Source: an uncultured Bacilli bacterium (GTDB lineage: Bacteria > Bacillota_I > Bacilli_A > RF39 > UBA660). From it: 61,231 bases of DNA. The position numbers and the translations under genes were made by a program. Under the pieces are notes generated by a model. That model was given only the letters and a program-made list of their open reading frames with translations. It did no database searches and had not been told where the DNA came from. Below are positions 47,686-56,059 of this stretch, in pieces; within the stretch, counting starts at the first letter, position 1, and the number at the start of each line of letters is the position of its first letter. The DNA lies in assembly GCA_934096715.1 (NCBI GenBank), contig CAKOMQ010000005.1, positions 1-61,231 on the forward strand, given 5' to 3'.

Positions 47686-47876
47686 ATAGCAATTGAAGAA
47701 AGAGTAGTAATAATTATTCTTATTAATAGAGATATATCGGTTGGTGGAAGATATAAATAAGAAGTTATGAACTTGCTTTTGGATGCTTAATAGGGTAGTT
47801 ACTATATAGACTAAATAAGTTAAAATAAAGGTGGTACCGTGAGTTATACTCACCCTTTGGTATTACCTTTTTTCTA
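47686..47876 (+). promoter_or_regulatory. T-box leader, probable Leu specifier CUU
   Basis: Promoter TTGAAT (47651), 17-nt spacer, TATAAT (47674). Stem I GAAGAAAGAGTAGTAA and AGAGA motif. Specifier context GAACUUG. T-box sequence AAAGGTGGTACCGTG. The terminator AAAGGTGGTACC pairs with GGTATTACCTTT and is followed by TTTTT. Confidence 0.85.
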
Positions 47877-47893
47877 TTTTAAAGGAGAATTTT

Positions 47894-48265
47894 ATGGATT
47901 ATTTATATTATTTAATTTATTTTATAGGGGTATTTCTTATTATATTTCTATGTGACTATTTAATAATGAAGAAACCTTATTTAAACAAGAAAAAGAAGAA
48001 AAAAGATAATGAAGTATTTGAACTCACTTATATAGTTAGTAAATTTAAATTAGATAAGAGTAAACTAAATATTAAAAAGTGTTTAATAGAGTTTTCTTTA
48101 ATGAATGCCTTTATTATTAGCTTTACAGTAGTAGTACTCTATATACTAGATTTATTTATAATATGGCAATTCTTAATAGGATTTATCCTGTTAGTGGGTC
48201 TTATTTATTCAATATATGAAATTTATGGAAATATTTTAGTTAAGAAAGGATATATTAAAAAATGA
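47894..48265 (+). CDS. Small membrane protein, 123 aa, co-transcribed with leuS
   Basis: SD AAAGGAG. Hydrophobic segments flank a K-rich loop. The stop overlaps the leuS start (ATGA). Confidence 0.6.
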   Translation: MDYLYYLIYFIGVFLIIFLCDYLIMKKPYLNKKKKKKDNEVFELTYIVSKFKLDKSKLNIKKCLIEFSLMNAFIISFTVVVLYILDLFIIWQFLIGFILLVGLIYSIYEIYGNILVKKGYIKK

Positions 48266-51072
48266 ATTATAATGAGATAGAAAAAAAATGGCAAAGTATT
48301 TGGGATAAAGAAGAAAGTTTTAAAGCAGTTAATGGAAGTAGTAAAGAACCATACTATATTTTAGTAGAATTTCCTTATCCAAGTGGAGCAGGACTTCATG
48401 TAGGTCATGTACGTAGTTATACTGCTCAAGATGCGATAGCGAGAATGAAAAGAATGCAAGGCTACAACGTATTATTCCCAATGGGATGGGATGCTTTTGG
48501 AGCACCTGCTGAAGGATATGCAATAAAAAATCATATTCATCCTAAAGATGCTGTAAAAGAAAATATCCATACTTTTAAAGGACAAATGCAAAATTTAGGA
48601 TTTTCATTTGATTGGTCAAGAGAATTTTCAACAACTGATCCAGAATATTATAAATGGACACAATGGCAATTTTTAAAGTTCTTTGAACATGGTATGGCTT
48701 ATAAAGATAAAATACCTGTTAACTGGTGTCCTAATTGTAAAACAGTTCTTTCTAATGAAGATAGTGCTGGTGGTGTATGTGAAAGATGTGGTACTAGTGT
48801 AGTTCAAAAAGAAAAAAGTCAATGGATGCTAAGAATGAGTAATTATGCTGAAGACTTACTTAATGGACTTGAAGATACTCATTTTGCTAGTAAAGTAAAA
48901 CTAGGTCAAATTAACTGGATAGGTAAAAGTACTGGTGCAGAAGTGAATTTTAAAGTAGCTGATACTGATTATGAATTTACTGTTTATACTACTAGACCTG
49001 ATACATTATATGGAGTTACTTATTGTGTATTATCTCCAGAACATGAACTCGTGGATAAGATAACTAAACCTGAAAACTACGAAGAAGTATTTAAGTATAA
49101 AGAAGAATGTTCTCATAAGAATGAAATGGAAAGAACAGAACTTAATAAAGAAAAAACCGGTGTATTTACAGGAAGCTTTGCTATTAATCCAGTTAATAAT
49201 GAATTAATACCAATCTATATAAGTGATTATGTTTTAGTAAGTTATGGAACTGGTGCTATTATGGCTGTTCCAGCTCATGATGAAAGAGACTATGAATTTG
49301 CTAAAAAGTTTAATATTCCAATTAGGCAAGTTCTTGAAGAGATAACTGGCAAGAAAAATGATTCTGAAAGTAAGAAAAACTCAATAGTAGCGATTGTTTA
49401 TGATGAATTAGAAAATAAATATTTAACAATTAATTGGGGTAAACTTGGTGGTAGATTATTTGTTGGTGGAACTATTAAAGAAAATGAAACTCCTGTTGAA
49501 TGTGCTATTAGAGAAATAGCAGAGGAAACTGGCTATACTGATATTGAATTAGTAAGAGAATCATTTAAAATAAACCATCATTATTATGCTTATAATAAAG
49601 ATAAGTATTTTGATATAGAAGCAACACCTATATTATTTAAATTAAATAGTTACAAAAAAATTGAACAAAATCTTGATGAAGATGAGATATTTAAGATTGA
49701 ATGGGTGAGTAAAGATATTATTGAAAAAGAAATAATAGATGAATTACATAAAAAATCTTATTTATATACATTAAATGATACTGCTTTAGTAGGAGATGGT
49801 ATTCATATTAATTCTGGTATTTTAGATGGCCTTAATAAAGAAGATGGAATTAATAAGATGATCGAATACTTAACTACAAATAATATAGGTAAAAAGAAAA
49901 CTAATTATAAGATGCGTGATTGGATATTCTCAAGACAAAGATTCTGGGGAGAACCAATACCTATTGTAATATGTGATCATTGTGGTTATGTACCTCTTCC
50001 TGAAAGTGAATTACCATTAGTACTTCCTGATGTTGCTAATTATGAACCAACTGATAATGGAGAGAGTCCACTTGCTAATATAGAGTCTTGGGTTAATACT
50101 ACTTGTCCAAAGTGTGGTCGTCCTGCTAAAAGAGAAACAGATACAATGCCTAACTGGGCTGGATCTAGCTGGTATTTCTTAAGATTTATGGATGCTCATA
50201 ATGATAAAGAATTTGCTAGTATGGATGCTATGAAATATTGGCAAAAAGTTAACTGGTATAATGGTGGTATGGAACATACAGCAAGACACTTACTATATGC
50301 TAGATTTTGGGTACAATTTCTATATAATATAGGTCTTGTTCCTAATAAAGAAATGATTGATACAAGAGTTAGTCACGGTATGGTACTTGGTAGTGATAAT
50401 CAAAAAATGAGTAAAAGTAAAGGTAATGTAATTAATCCAGATGATATAGTTAGTGAGTTTGGAGCAGATACTCTAAGAGTATATGAAATGTTTATGGGTG
50501 ATTATGAACAAGATGCTCCATGGAGTACTGAATCCTTACGTGGATGTAAAAGATTTATTGACAGAGTAGTTAGACTTAAAGATAAAGTAGTTGAAGGAAC
50601 ATCTTATTCTTCTAACTTAGAAGTAATCATTAATAAATCTATTAAAAAGATTAGTTATGACTTACTAAATATGGGTTACAATACAGTAGTATCTCAATTA
50701 ATGATTATGTTAAATACTTATGAAGAACAAGACACTATTACTTCATCTGATTATAATGTATTCTTAAAACTATTAAATCCTATCGCTCCACATATAACTG
50801 AAGAGTTAAATGAACAAATAGGATATGAAAAAATATGTGATAGTACTTGGCCAGAGTATGATGAATCTAAAACTGTAGATAATAATCTTACTATTGGAGT
50901 ACAAGTAAATGGTAAGTTAAGAGCAGAAATTAATATTACTCTAAACGAAGATAAAGCTAGTATTTTAGCTAAAGCTAAAGAAGAAGAAAACATAAAAAAA
51001 TATCTTGAAGGACACACTATTATAAAAGAAATAGTAGTACCTAACAAGATAGTTAACATAGTTGTTAAATAG
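48262..51072 (+). CDS. leuS: Leucine--tRNA ligase with an inserted Nudix-fold domain
   Basis: HVGHVRSY (HIGH), KMSKSKGN, and the CP1 editing motif TTRPDTLYG. The extra segment at ~49339-49788 contains GTIKENETPVECAIREIAEETGY, which matches the Nudix box GX5EX7REUXEEXGU. Confidence 0.95.
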   Translation: MNYNEIEKKWQSIWDKEESFKAVNGSSKEPYYILVEFPYPSGAGLHVGHVRSYTAQDAIARMKRMQGYNVLFPMGWDAFGAPAEGYAIKNHIHPKDAVKENIHTFKGQMQNLGFSFDWSREFSTTDPEYYKWTQWQFLKFFEHGMAYKDKIPVNWCPNCKTVLSNEDSAGGVCERCGTSVVQKEKSQWMLRMSNYAEDLLNGLEDTHFASKVKLGQINWIGKSTGAEVNFKVADTDYEFTVYTTRPDTLYGVTYCVLSPEHELVDKITKPENYEEVFKYKEECSHKNEMERTELNKEKTGVFTGSFAINPVNNELIPIYISDYVLVSYGTGAIMAVPAHDERDYEFAKKFNIPIRQVLEEITGKKNDSESKKNSIVAIVYDELENKYLTINWGKLGGRLFVGGTIKENETPVECAIREIAEETGYTDIELVRESFKINHHYYAYNKDKYFDIEATPILFKLNSYKKIEQNLDEDEIFKIEWVSKDIIEKEIIDELHKKSYLYTLNDTALVGDGIHINSGILDGLNKEDGINKMIEYLTTNNIGKKKTNYKMRDWIFSRQRFWGEPIPIVICDHCGYVPLPESELPLVLPDVANYEPTDNGESPLANIESWVNTTCPKCGRPAKRETDTMPNWAGSSWYFLRFMDAHNDKEFASMDAMKYWQKVNWYNGGMEHTARHLLYARFWVQFLYNIGLVPNKEMIDTRVSHGMVLGSDNQKMSKSKGNVINPDDIVSEFGADTLRVYEMFMGDYEQDAPWSTESLRGCKRFIDRVVRLKDKVVEGTSYSSNLEVIINKSIKKISYDLLNMGYNTVVSQLMIMLNTYEEQDTITSSDYNVFLKLLNPIAPHITEELNEQIGYEKICDSTWPEYDESKTVDNNLTIGVQVNGKLRAEINITLNEDKASILAKAKEEENIKKYLEGHTIIKEIVVPNKIVNIVVK

Positions 51073-51121
51073 TTTTAACAGCTATTTTTTTATCTAAAAC
51101 ATTACGTACTTTGATGTAATT

Positions 51122-51197
51122 AAAAAAGCTGTCGAGTTAATTCTCGATAGCTTAACCAACATTTTGGCATAGGCGAAACATGCTTGCTCGTTTACCT
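51122..51197 (-). ncRNA. Orphan third copy of the antisense sRNA gene (no peptide ORF opposite)
   Basis: Minus-strand TTGATA (51227-51232), 17-nt spacer, TACACT (51204-51209). Terminator AAGCTATCGAG-loop-CTCGACAGCTT plus TTTTTT (51122-51152). The body is homologous to 14710-14755. Confidence 0.5.
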
Positions 51198-51304
51198 AAA
51201 TTAAGTGTACACAAAAATTTGTAAAATATCAACCATTTTATTGCAATTCATAATCAAATTTGGTATGATAAAATAGATAAATTAAATAAAAATATTTAAA
51301 AATT

Positions 51305-51451
51305 ATGAATTTTATGACCCGAAATTTTATACCGGTAAGTTATAAAATTCCCCTTCAGACGCTAAAAAGCCTACTGGGGGGGGGGGTTGAGAAAATGAGT
51401 CTGATGTGTGAATATAGGGAAGTAAAAATTTCTCTTTTTTATTTTTTATAA
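51305..51451 (+). CDS. 48-codon upstream ORF containing the G11 tract (MNFMTRNFIPVSYKIPLQTLKSLLGGGVEKMSLMCEYREVKISLFYFL)
   Basis: Not in the ORF track (under 60 aa). Shares ...LKSLLGGG-(G/V)EK with the B and C leaders. Ends 15 nt before ATG 51466. Confidence 0.4.
   Translation: MNFMTRNFIPVSYKIPLQTLKSLLGGGVEKMSLMCEYREVKISLFYFL
51376..51386 (+). repeat. G11 homopolymer tract in the leader of gene D
   Basis: Counted directly: ctactGGGGGGGGGGGttgag. Confidence 0.95.
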
Positions 51452-51465
51452 AAGGAAGTGAGAAA

Positions 51466-52998
51466 ATGAAAAAAATGGATAAGAAACAAAGAATATCTTT
51501 TATCATTGGGATATTTGCATTATTGATTTTTGTAATAGGAGCAACATATGCATACTTTAGTATTGGAACTAATAATACTACTACAGATTCAAGTGTTGTA
51601 GGTACAACAAACAAGTATGGTACAGCAAGTTTAACAACTAATACAAGCAAACTATATTTAAAATTTACGAGTGATGAAATGAGTGAAGACTATCAAGGTA
51701 CAACATATTACGCAAATTCTGATAGTGCTGGAACACCCCTTACAACTAATCCAAACTATGTGTTAGCAACCGCAAGTCTAGCAGATGGAGATTTACCACT
51801 TGATTGCGAGTATAATTATAAGGTAACTGCTACAGTAACAAAAGAAATTAATGATGGTAGTGACTCTGATGTAAAAATAACCATTGGAAGTACAACAAAA
51901 ACATTAAAAGAATTAACTGCTGCAGGTACTGATGGAATAGTAATAAATGGTAAACTAAAAAACTTAGTAACAGGAACAAATCAAACAATAAGTTTATCCA
52001 GTACAGTAACAAATACACCATCAAATCAAAATGGACTATCAGGTAATTCATATACAGTAACTATTTCTCCATATATAAGTGGTAATACAAAGTCATTTTC
52101 ATGTAAGTTGCATGAAAAAACACTTGCCGAAAAATTAATAGCAAGTGGAAACTTATGGGAAAGTGGACTAGAAGGCGATGGATATCGTTATATAGGAAGT
52201 GGTGCAGTAGGAACTAGTACTAATCCAAATAACTTTATATGCTTTGGTACAACAGATAAATCTGCTTGTACAGCAAATCAAGATAAATACATGTATAGAG
52301 TAATAGGAGTATTCTCAGATGCAAATGGAGATAATCATGTTAAGCTAATCAAATATAAACAACTAGTATCAGCAAAATGGAATACAAAAGATACAAATGT
52401 AAATTGGGAAGATAGTACATTATATGCAAGTCTAAATGGCACAGAATTCTTAACAAATACAACATATGATTATTTACAAGATACAACATGGAGTAATAAA
52501 ATAGAAAACTGGACATGGAGTGCCATAAATACAAAAACGTCTAATGGAGGTAATGGATCAAATTATTACAGCGTATTAACACCAAGTCAAATATATTTAC
52601 ATGAAATGAACAGAAGTACAAAAACAAGTACAGTAGGTGAATGGACAACACCAGCAGGAAAAATAGGATTAATGTATGCAAGTGATTATACATTATCATT
52701 GGGATCAAGTGCTTTAGCAATAACAGGAAGTACTAGTGCAAATCAAGACAAATTAAAAACAGGCTGGATGCATCAAAGTAATAATGATATTTCTAAATCA
52801 ACTACAGAATGGACGCTTTCTCGTCGTGGGTCTAATGCTGGTTACTTCGAAGCGTGGAGTGTCGCTAGTAGCGGCTTTGTCAGCGGCATTTTTGTGTACA
52901 CTGCGTATGGTACTCGACCAGTCTTCTATCTTACATCTAACGAATCGACTTCTAGTGGAGATGGAAGTTTAGAAAATCCATTTATCATTAGTGAATAA
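51466..52998 (+). CDS. Surface protein D of the family (one RPVFYLT-type domain) with a SipW-type-looking signal peptide
   Basis: SD AAAGGAAGTGAG. N-terminal TM segment ending IGATYAYFS. The C-terminal ~290 aa align with the B and C domains (LWESGLEGDGYRY, DKYMYRVIGVF, NKIENWTWSA, GKIGLMYASDY, RPVFYLTS). Confidence 0.85.
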   Translation: MKKMDKKQRISFIIGIFALLIFVIGATYAYFSIGTNNTTTDSSVVGTTNKYGTASLTTNTSKLYLKFTSDEMSEDYQGTTYYANSDSAGTPLTTNPNYVLATASLADGDLPLDCEYNYKVTATVTKEINDGSDSDVKITIGSTTKTLKELTAAGTDGIVINGKLKNLVTGTNQTISLSSTVTNTPSNQNGLSGNSYTVTISPYISGNTKSFSCKLHEKTLAEKLIASGNLWESGLEGDGYRYIGSGAVGTSTNPNNFICFGTTDKSACTANQDKYMYRVIGVFSDANGDNHVKLIKYKQLVSAKWNTKDTNVNWEDSTLYASLNGTEFLTNTTYDYLQDTTWSNKIENWTWSAINTKTSNGGNGSNYYSVLTPSQIYLHEMNRSTKTSTVGEWTTPAGKIGLMYASDYTLSLGSSALAITGSTSANQDKLKTGWMHQSNNDISKSTTEWTLSRRGSNAGYFEAWSVASSGFVSGIFVYTAYGTRPVFYLTSNESTSSGDGSLENPFIISE

Positions 52999-53073
52999 GC
53001 AACTTTGGTTGTTTTTTCTTTATTACGACAATTTATTTAAAAAACTCTTGATATGATATAACTGGTGAAGAGA

Positions 53074-53244
53074 ATGAAAGTAAAAGTAATAGATGAGTCA
53101 CATGAAAAAGACTTAGAAAATAGTATTAATACTTTTCTAAGTGAGAATGATATTGAACTAGTTGATATTAAGTTTCAGGTATCAGTAGCTCTTGGTGGAG
53201 AAGAACAAGTTTATTGTTTTAGTGCAATGATTATTTATTATTAG
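53074..53244 (+). CDS. Cse60-like small sporulation protein, 56 aa
   Basis: MKVKVIDESHEKDLENSINTFLSENDIELVDIKFQVSVALGGEEQVYCFSAMIIYY matches the Cse60 pattern (..HE.DLE..IN.FL......V.DI......EEQ.YCFSAM) as I recall it. Below the ORF-track size cut-off. Confidence 0.6.
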   Translation: MKVKVIDESHEKDLENSINTFLSENDIELVDIKFQVSVALGGEEQVYCFSAMIIYY

Positions 53245-53531
53245 ACCATGTACATATTATTGTCATTAATATCATAGTCATCAGTTGATATTATATTAGC
53301 TTGATTTTCTAATTTAGATAATCTGTAATCTATTCGATTTATTTGTCTTTCAATTTTAGCAAGTCTACTTTCTAATTCATTTGGTTGTGTGTTATAATTA
53401 TATGGGTTTGTAGGGCCTTGATAAAATGAACTATTAGCATATTGGGTTGGCATCATATTATTCATATTTGGAGCCATAAATCCACTTTGTGTATTAGTTT
53501 CAGTAAAGAAAGAGTTTCTATTTCTTTTCAT
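53241..53531 (-). CDS. Hypothetical N/Q/Y-rich small protein with a C-terminal coiled-coil segment
   Basis: 96-aa ORF divergent from trmB. No motif recognised. Confidence 0.5.
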   Translation of the reverse strand: MKRNRNSFFTETNTQSGFMAPNMNNMMPTQYANSSFYQGPTNPYNYNTQPNELESRLAKIERQINRIDYRLSKLENQANIISTDDYDINDNNMYMV

Positions 53532-53554
53532 AATAATCCCCCTATAAACAATAT

Positions 53555-54202
53555 ATGATGGTTTTAGAAAGTAGTGAAAATATGAGAATGAGAAATCCTA
53601 AATATAAAGATGAAGTTATAAATAACTGTGATTTTTTAATTACAGATAATATAGAATTTGATAATAATAATGAGCTTCTATATATTGAAATAGGTATGGG
53701 TAAAGGAGATTTTATATTAAAGAATGCTTTAAATAATCCTAATATTAATTATATTGGGATTGAAAAATATTCTAGTGTAGCGGCAGTTGCAATAAAGAAG
53801 ATAATGGACTATAAGTTAGATAATTTAAAAGTGATTATAAGTGATGTAAGTAAATTAGAAGACTTACTTAAGAATAAAGTTGATAGAATATATCTTAATT
53901 TTTCTGATCCATGGCCAAAAGATAGACATGCTAAAAGAAGATTAACACATGAAAATTTTCTATGTATGTATGATAACTTCTTTAAAGGGAATAATGAAAT
54001 AATTATGAAAACTGATAATGATAACTTATTTTTATTTAGTTTAGATAGTTTAAAAGAATATGGCTATACTTTAGAAGAAGTAGAATATGATCTACATAGT
54101 ACAGATAAAGATAATATTGAAACAGAGTATGAAACTAAGTTTAGTAATATGGGATATACAATAAAATATTTAAAAGCAACAAAGAAAAATTTACATAAAT
54201 AG
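53555..54202 (+). CDS. trmB: tRNA (guanine-N7)-methyltransferase
   Basis: EIGMGKGDF and FSDPWPKDRHAKRRL. Confidence 0.9.
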   Translation: MMVLESSENMRMRNPKYKDEVINNCDFLITDNIEFDNNNELLYIEIGMGKGDFILKNALNNPNINYIGIEKYSSVAAVAIKKIMDYKLDNLKVIISDVSKLEDLLKNKVDRIYLNFSDPWPKDRHAKRRLTHENFLCMYDNFFKGNNEIIMKTDNDNLFLFSLDSLKEYGYTLEEVEYDLHSTDKDNIETEYETKFSNMGYTIKYLKATKKNLHK

Positions 54203-54234
54203 TTATATTTGCTATAATAATATTTGGAGAAATT

Positions 54235-54882
54235 ATGAAGATAAAGAAATTAATATTAATAGTTATAAGTGTGTTGTTATTAAGTGGATGTACTAATATA
54301 AATGATTTAGATTATGATGATATATTAGTAACTTTTACTCATGATAGTAAGAATGCTAATAAAACAAGAAGTGGTTATAAATACTATTTGCCTAGTGATA
54401 TGAATGTTATAAATTATGGACCATATTATGAAATAATTAAGAGTAGTAAGAATTATTATTATTTATATGTTGATATGATAAGTTATATAAATAAGAGTGA
54501 ATTTAAATATGAAATAAATAAGGATGCAGAGTATTCAAAAATAATAAATAATGATGGTAAATACGGCTATTTAGAAATAAATTTAGTAGAAAATAATCAA
54601 TATTTGATTGAAATTATGTATAATTATGCTAAAATAGAAGTAATGGTAGATAGTAATCTTCTTAATGAAGCATTAATCTACTCAGTTAACATATTAAATA
54701 GTGTTGAGTATAATAATAGTGTAATTAATAGTTTATTAAATAAAGATGCACTTAATTATACAGAAGAAGAATTTGATTTATTTAAAACAGGTGTCGATAA
54801 TAAAAGTACGATTGATTATATTGATGAAGAACCTGATAATACTGAAGAAGATAAAATAATAGATACAGATTATGTTGACTAA
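54235..54882 (+). CDS. Lipoprotein, function unknown
   Basis: Lipobox LLSGC at the N-terminus. Confidence 0.7.
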   Translation: MKIKKLILIVISVLLLSGCTNINDLDYDDILVTFTHDSKNANKTRSGYKYYLPSDMNVINYGPYYEIIKSSKNYYYLYVDMISYINKSEFKYEINKDAEYSKIINNDGKYGYLEINLVENNQYLIEIMYNYAKIEVMVDSNLLNEALIYSVNILNSVEYNNSVINSLLNKDALNYTEEEFDLFKTGVDNKSTIDYIDEEPDNTEEDKIIDTDYVD

Positions 54883-54896
54883 GAAAGGAAATTATC

Positions 54897-55760
54897 ATGA
54901 GTTTAGTAAAAAAAATTAAAGATATATTATTTGAAGAAGAACCAACTGAGCAAATTAAAATAGTTAAAGAAACACCTACAGAAAGAATAAAAGAAGAAGT
55001 AACTGTTAGAGAGTATCATGAACCTAAAGAATCTTTTAGTGAACCAGTGGTAGAGTCTAGGCCAAGAATAGAGCCTAAGGAAGATTTCACTCCTAAAAGA
55101 GAACCAGTAGTAGATAATACTTTTAAGTTTCCTGATTTTGATGAAGAAGAATTTATAAGTAGTATGCCTAGAAGACAAAGTACTAATAATGTTCTAGATT
55201 ATGAAAGAAAGAAAGTTCAAGAAAATAGAAGTACTTATAAGTATGAAAGAGCAGAAAGAAATGAACCTAAAGAATTAATTGACAAGAAGAAGTTTAAACC
55301 TTCACCAATAATATCTCCTGTATATGGAGTATTAAATCAAGACTATAAACCAGAAGATATTAAGAAGAAGGATGACGAAGAAGAACTTTTAAGTATAGAT
55401 GTAGTTAGAAAGAAAGCCTTTGAAACTGCTCCTATTAAAGAAGTAAAAGAAGAAGTTAAAATAGAAGATGAAGAGTTTATTGATACTATTGATGAACCTG
55501 TTGTTAAGTTCTTTGATGAAAAATCTAGTGATACTGAAATGAAAAGTATAGATGACCTATTAGAAGATGCTAGTGATGTAGAAGTGAAATTAGAAGATGA
55601 GTTAGAAATAACAGGTGAAACTAATATTGACGCTATTCATGAAGAATTAGATAATTATGAACCATTAGAACCAAAAAAAGATAAATTAGAAGATACATTA
55701 GAAAATGATTTATTTGAATTAATTGATTCAATGTATGAAACTAAAGAAGGTGGTGAATAA
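54897..55760 (+). CDS. Highly acidic E/K/D-rich hypothetical protein
   Basis: 287-aa ORF of biased composition. Confidence 0.5.
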   Translation: MSLVKKIKDILFEEEPTEQIKIVKETPTERIKEEVTVREYHEPKESFSEPVVESRPRIEPKEDFTPKREPVVDNTFKFPDFDEEEFISSMPRRQSTNNVLDYERKKVQENRSTYKYERAERNEPKELIDKKKFKPSPIISPVYGVLNQDYKPEDIKKKDDEEELLSIDVVRKKAFETAPIKEVKEEVKIEDEEFIDTIDEPVVKFFDEKSSDTEMKSIDDLLEDASDVEVKLEDELEITGETNIDAIHEELDNYEPLEPKKDKLEDTLENDLFELIDSMYETKEGGE

Positions 55761-55762
55761 AA

Positions 55763-56059
55763 ATGGAGTTTTTACAAGCATTTTTACCTATAGTTATTTA
55801 TTTTTTACTAATAATATTAATTGTAGTTTTAATAATATTAGGTATTAAATTTTTAATTACTGTGAATAAAGTTGAGAAAATTGTAGATAATGTTAATGAT
55901 AAATTAGAAGCAGTAAGTCCAATATTTAATATACTTGGCTATGCATCTAGTCAAGTTACAACAGTATTTGATACTGTATTTGAATTTATTGAAGGTTTAT
56001 TAGCAAAATTGTTTACCAAAAAGAATAAAATTGAAATGGAGGAAGATGAAGATGAGTAA
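55763..56059 (+). CDS. DUF948-like small membrane protein
   Basis: N-terminal TM segment plus a helical tail. Lies upstream of a YtxH-like gene, as with ytxG/ytxH in Bacillus. Confidence 0.5.
   Translation: MEFLQAFLPIVIYFLLIILIVVLIILGIKFLITVNKVEKIVDNVNDKLEAVSPIFNILGYASSQVTTVFDTVFEFIEGLLAKLFTKKNKIEMEEDEDE

Noticed and set aside
49339-49788. The leuS insertion as an intein or a mobile-element scar.
   Set aside because: There are no intein splice-junction residues or endonuclease motifs. The insert is in frame and carries a complete Nudix box.
51327-51650. A 107-aa minus-strand ORF spanning the G11 tract and the start of gene D.
   Set aside because: It is antisense to the conserved leader cassette and to the D signal peptide. 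Its PPPP stretch is just the complement of the G run. It has no SD.
33853-52998. A diversity-generating retroelement or invertase-driven shufflon acting on the surface family.
   Set aside because: No reverse transcriptase, template-repeat/variable-repeat pair with A-specific differences, recombinase gene, or inverted repeats flanking the promoters were seen in the window.
2228-56051. The longest-ORF start codons given in the track for several genes: 2228, 6833, 15364, 17052, 18832, 21777, 30530, 30972, 45208 and 56031.
   Set aside because: In each case an internal ATG or GTG with a better-placed SD, a signal-peptide logic, or an upstream terminator overlap made a downstream start more plausible. 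These trimmed starts are inferences, not proven.
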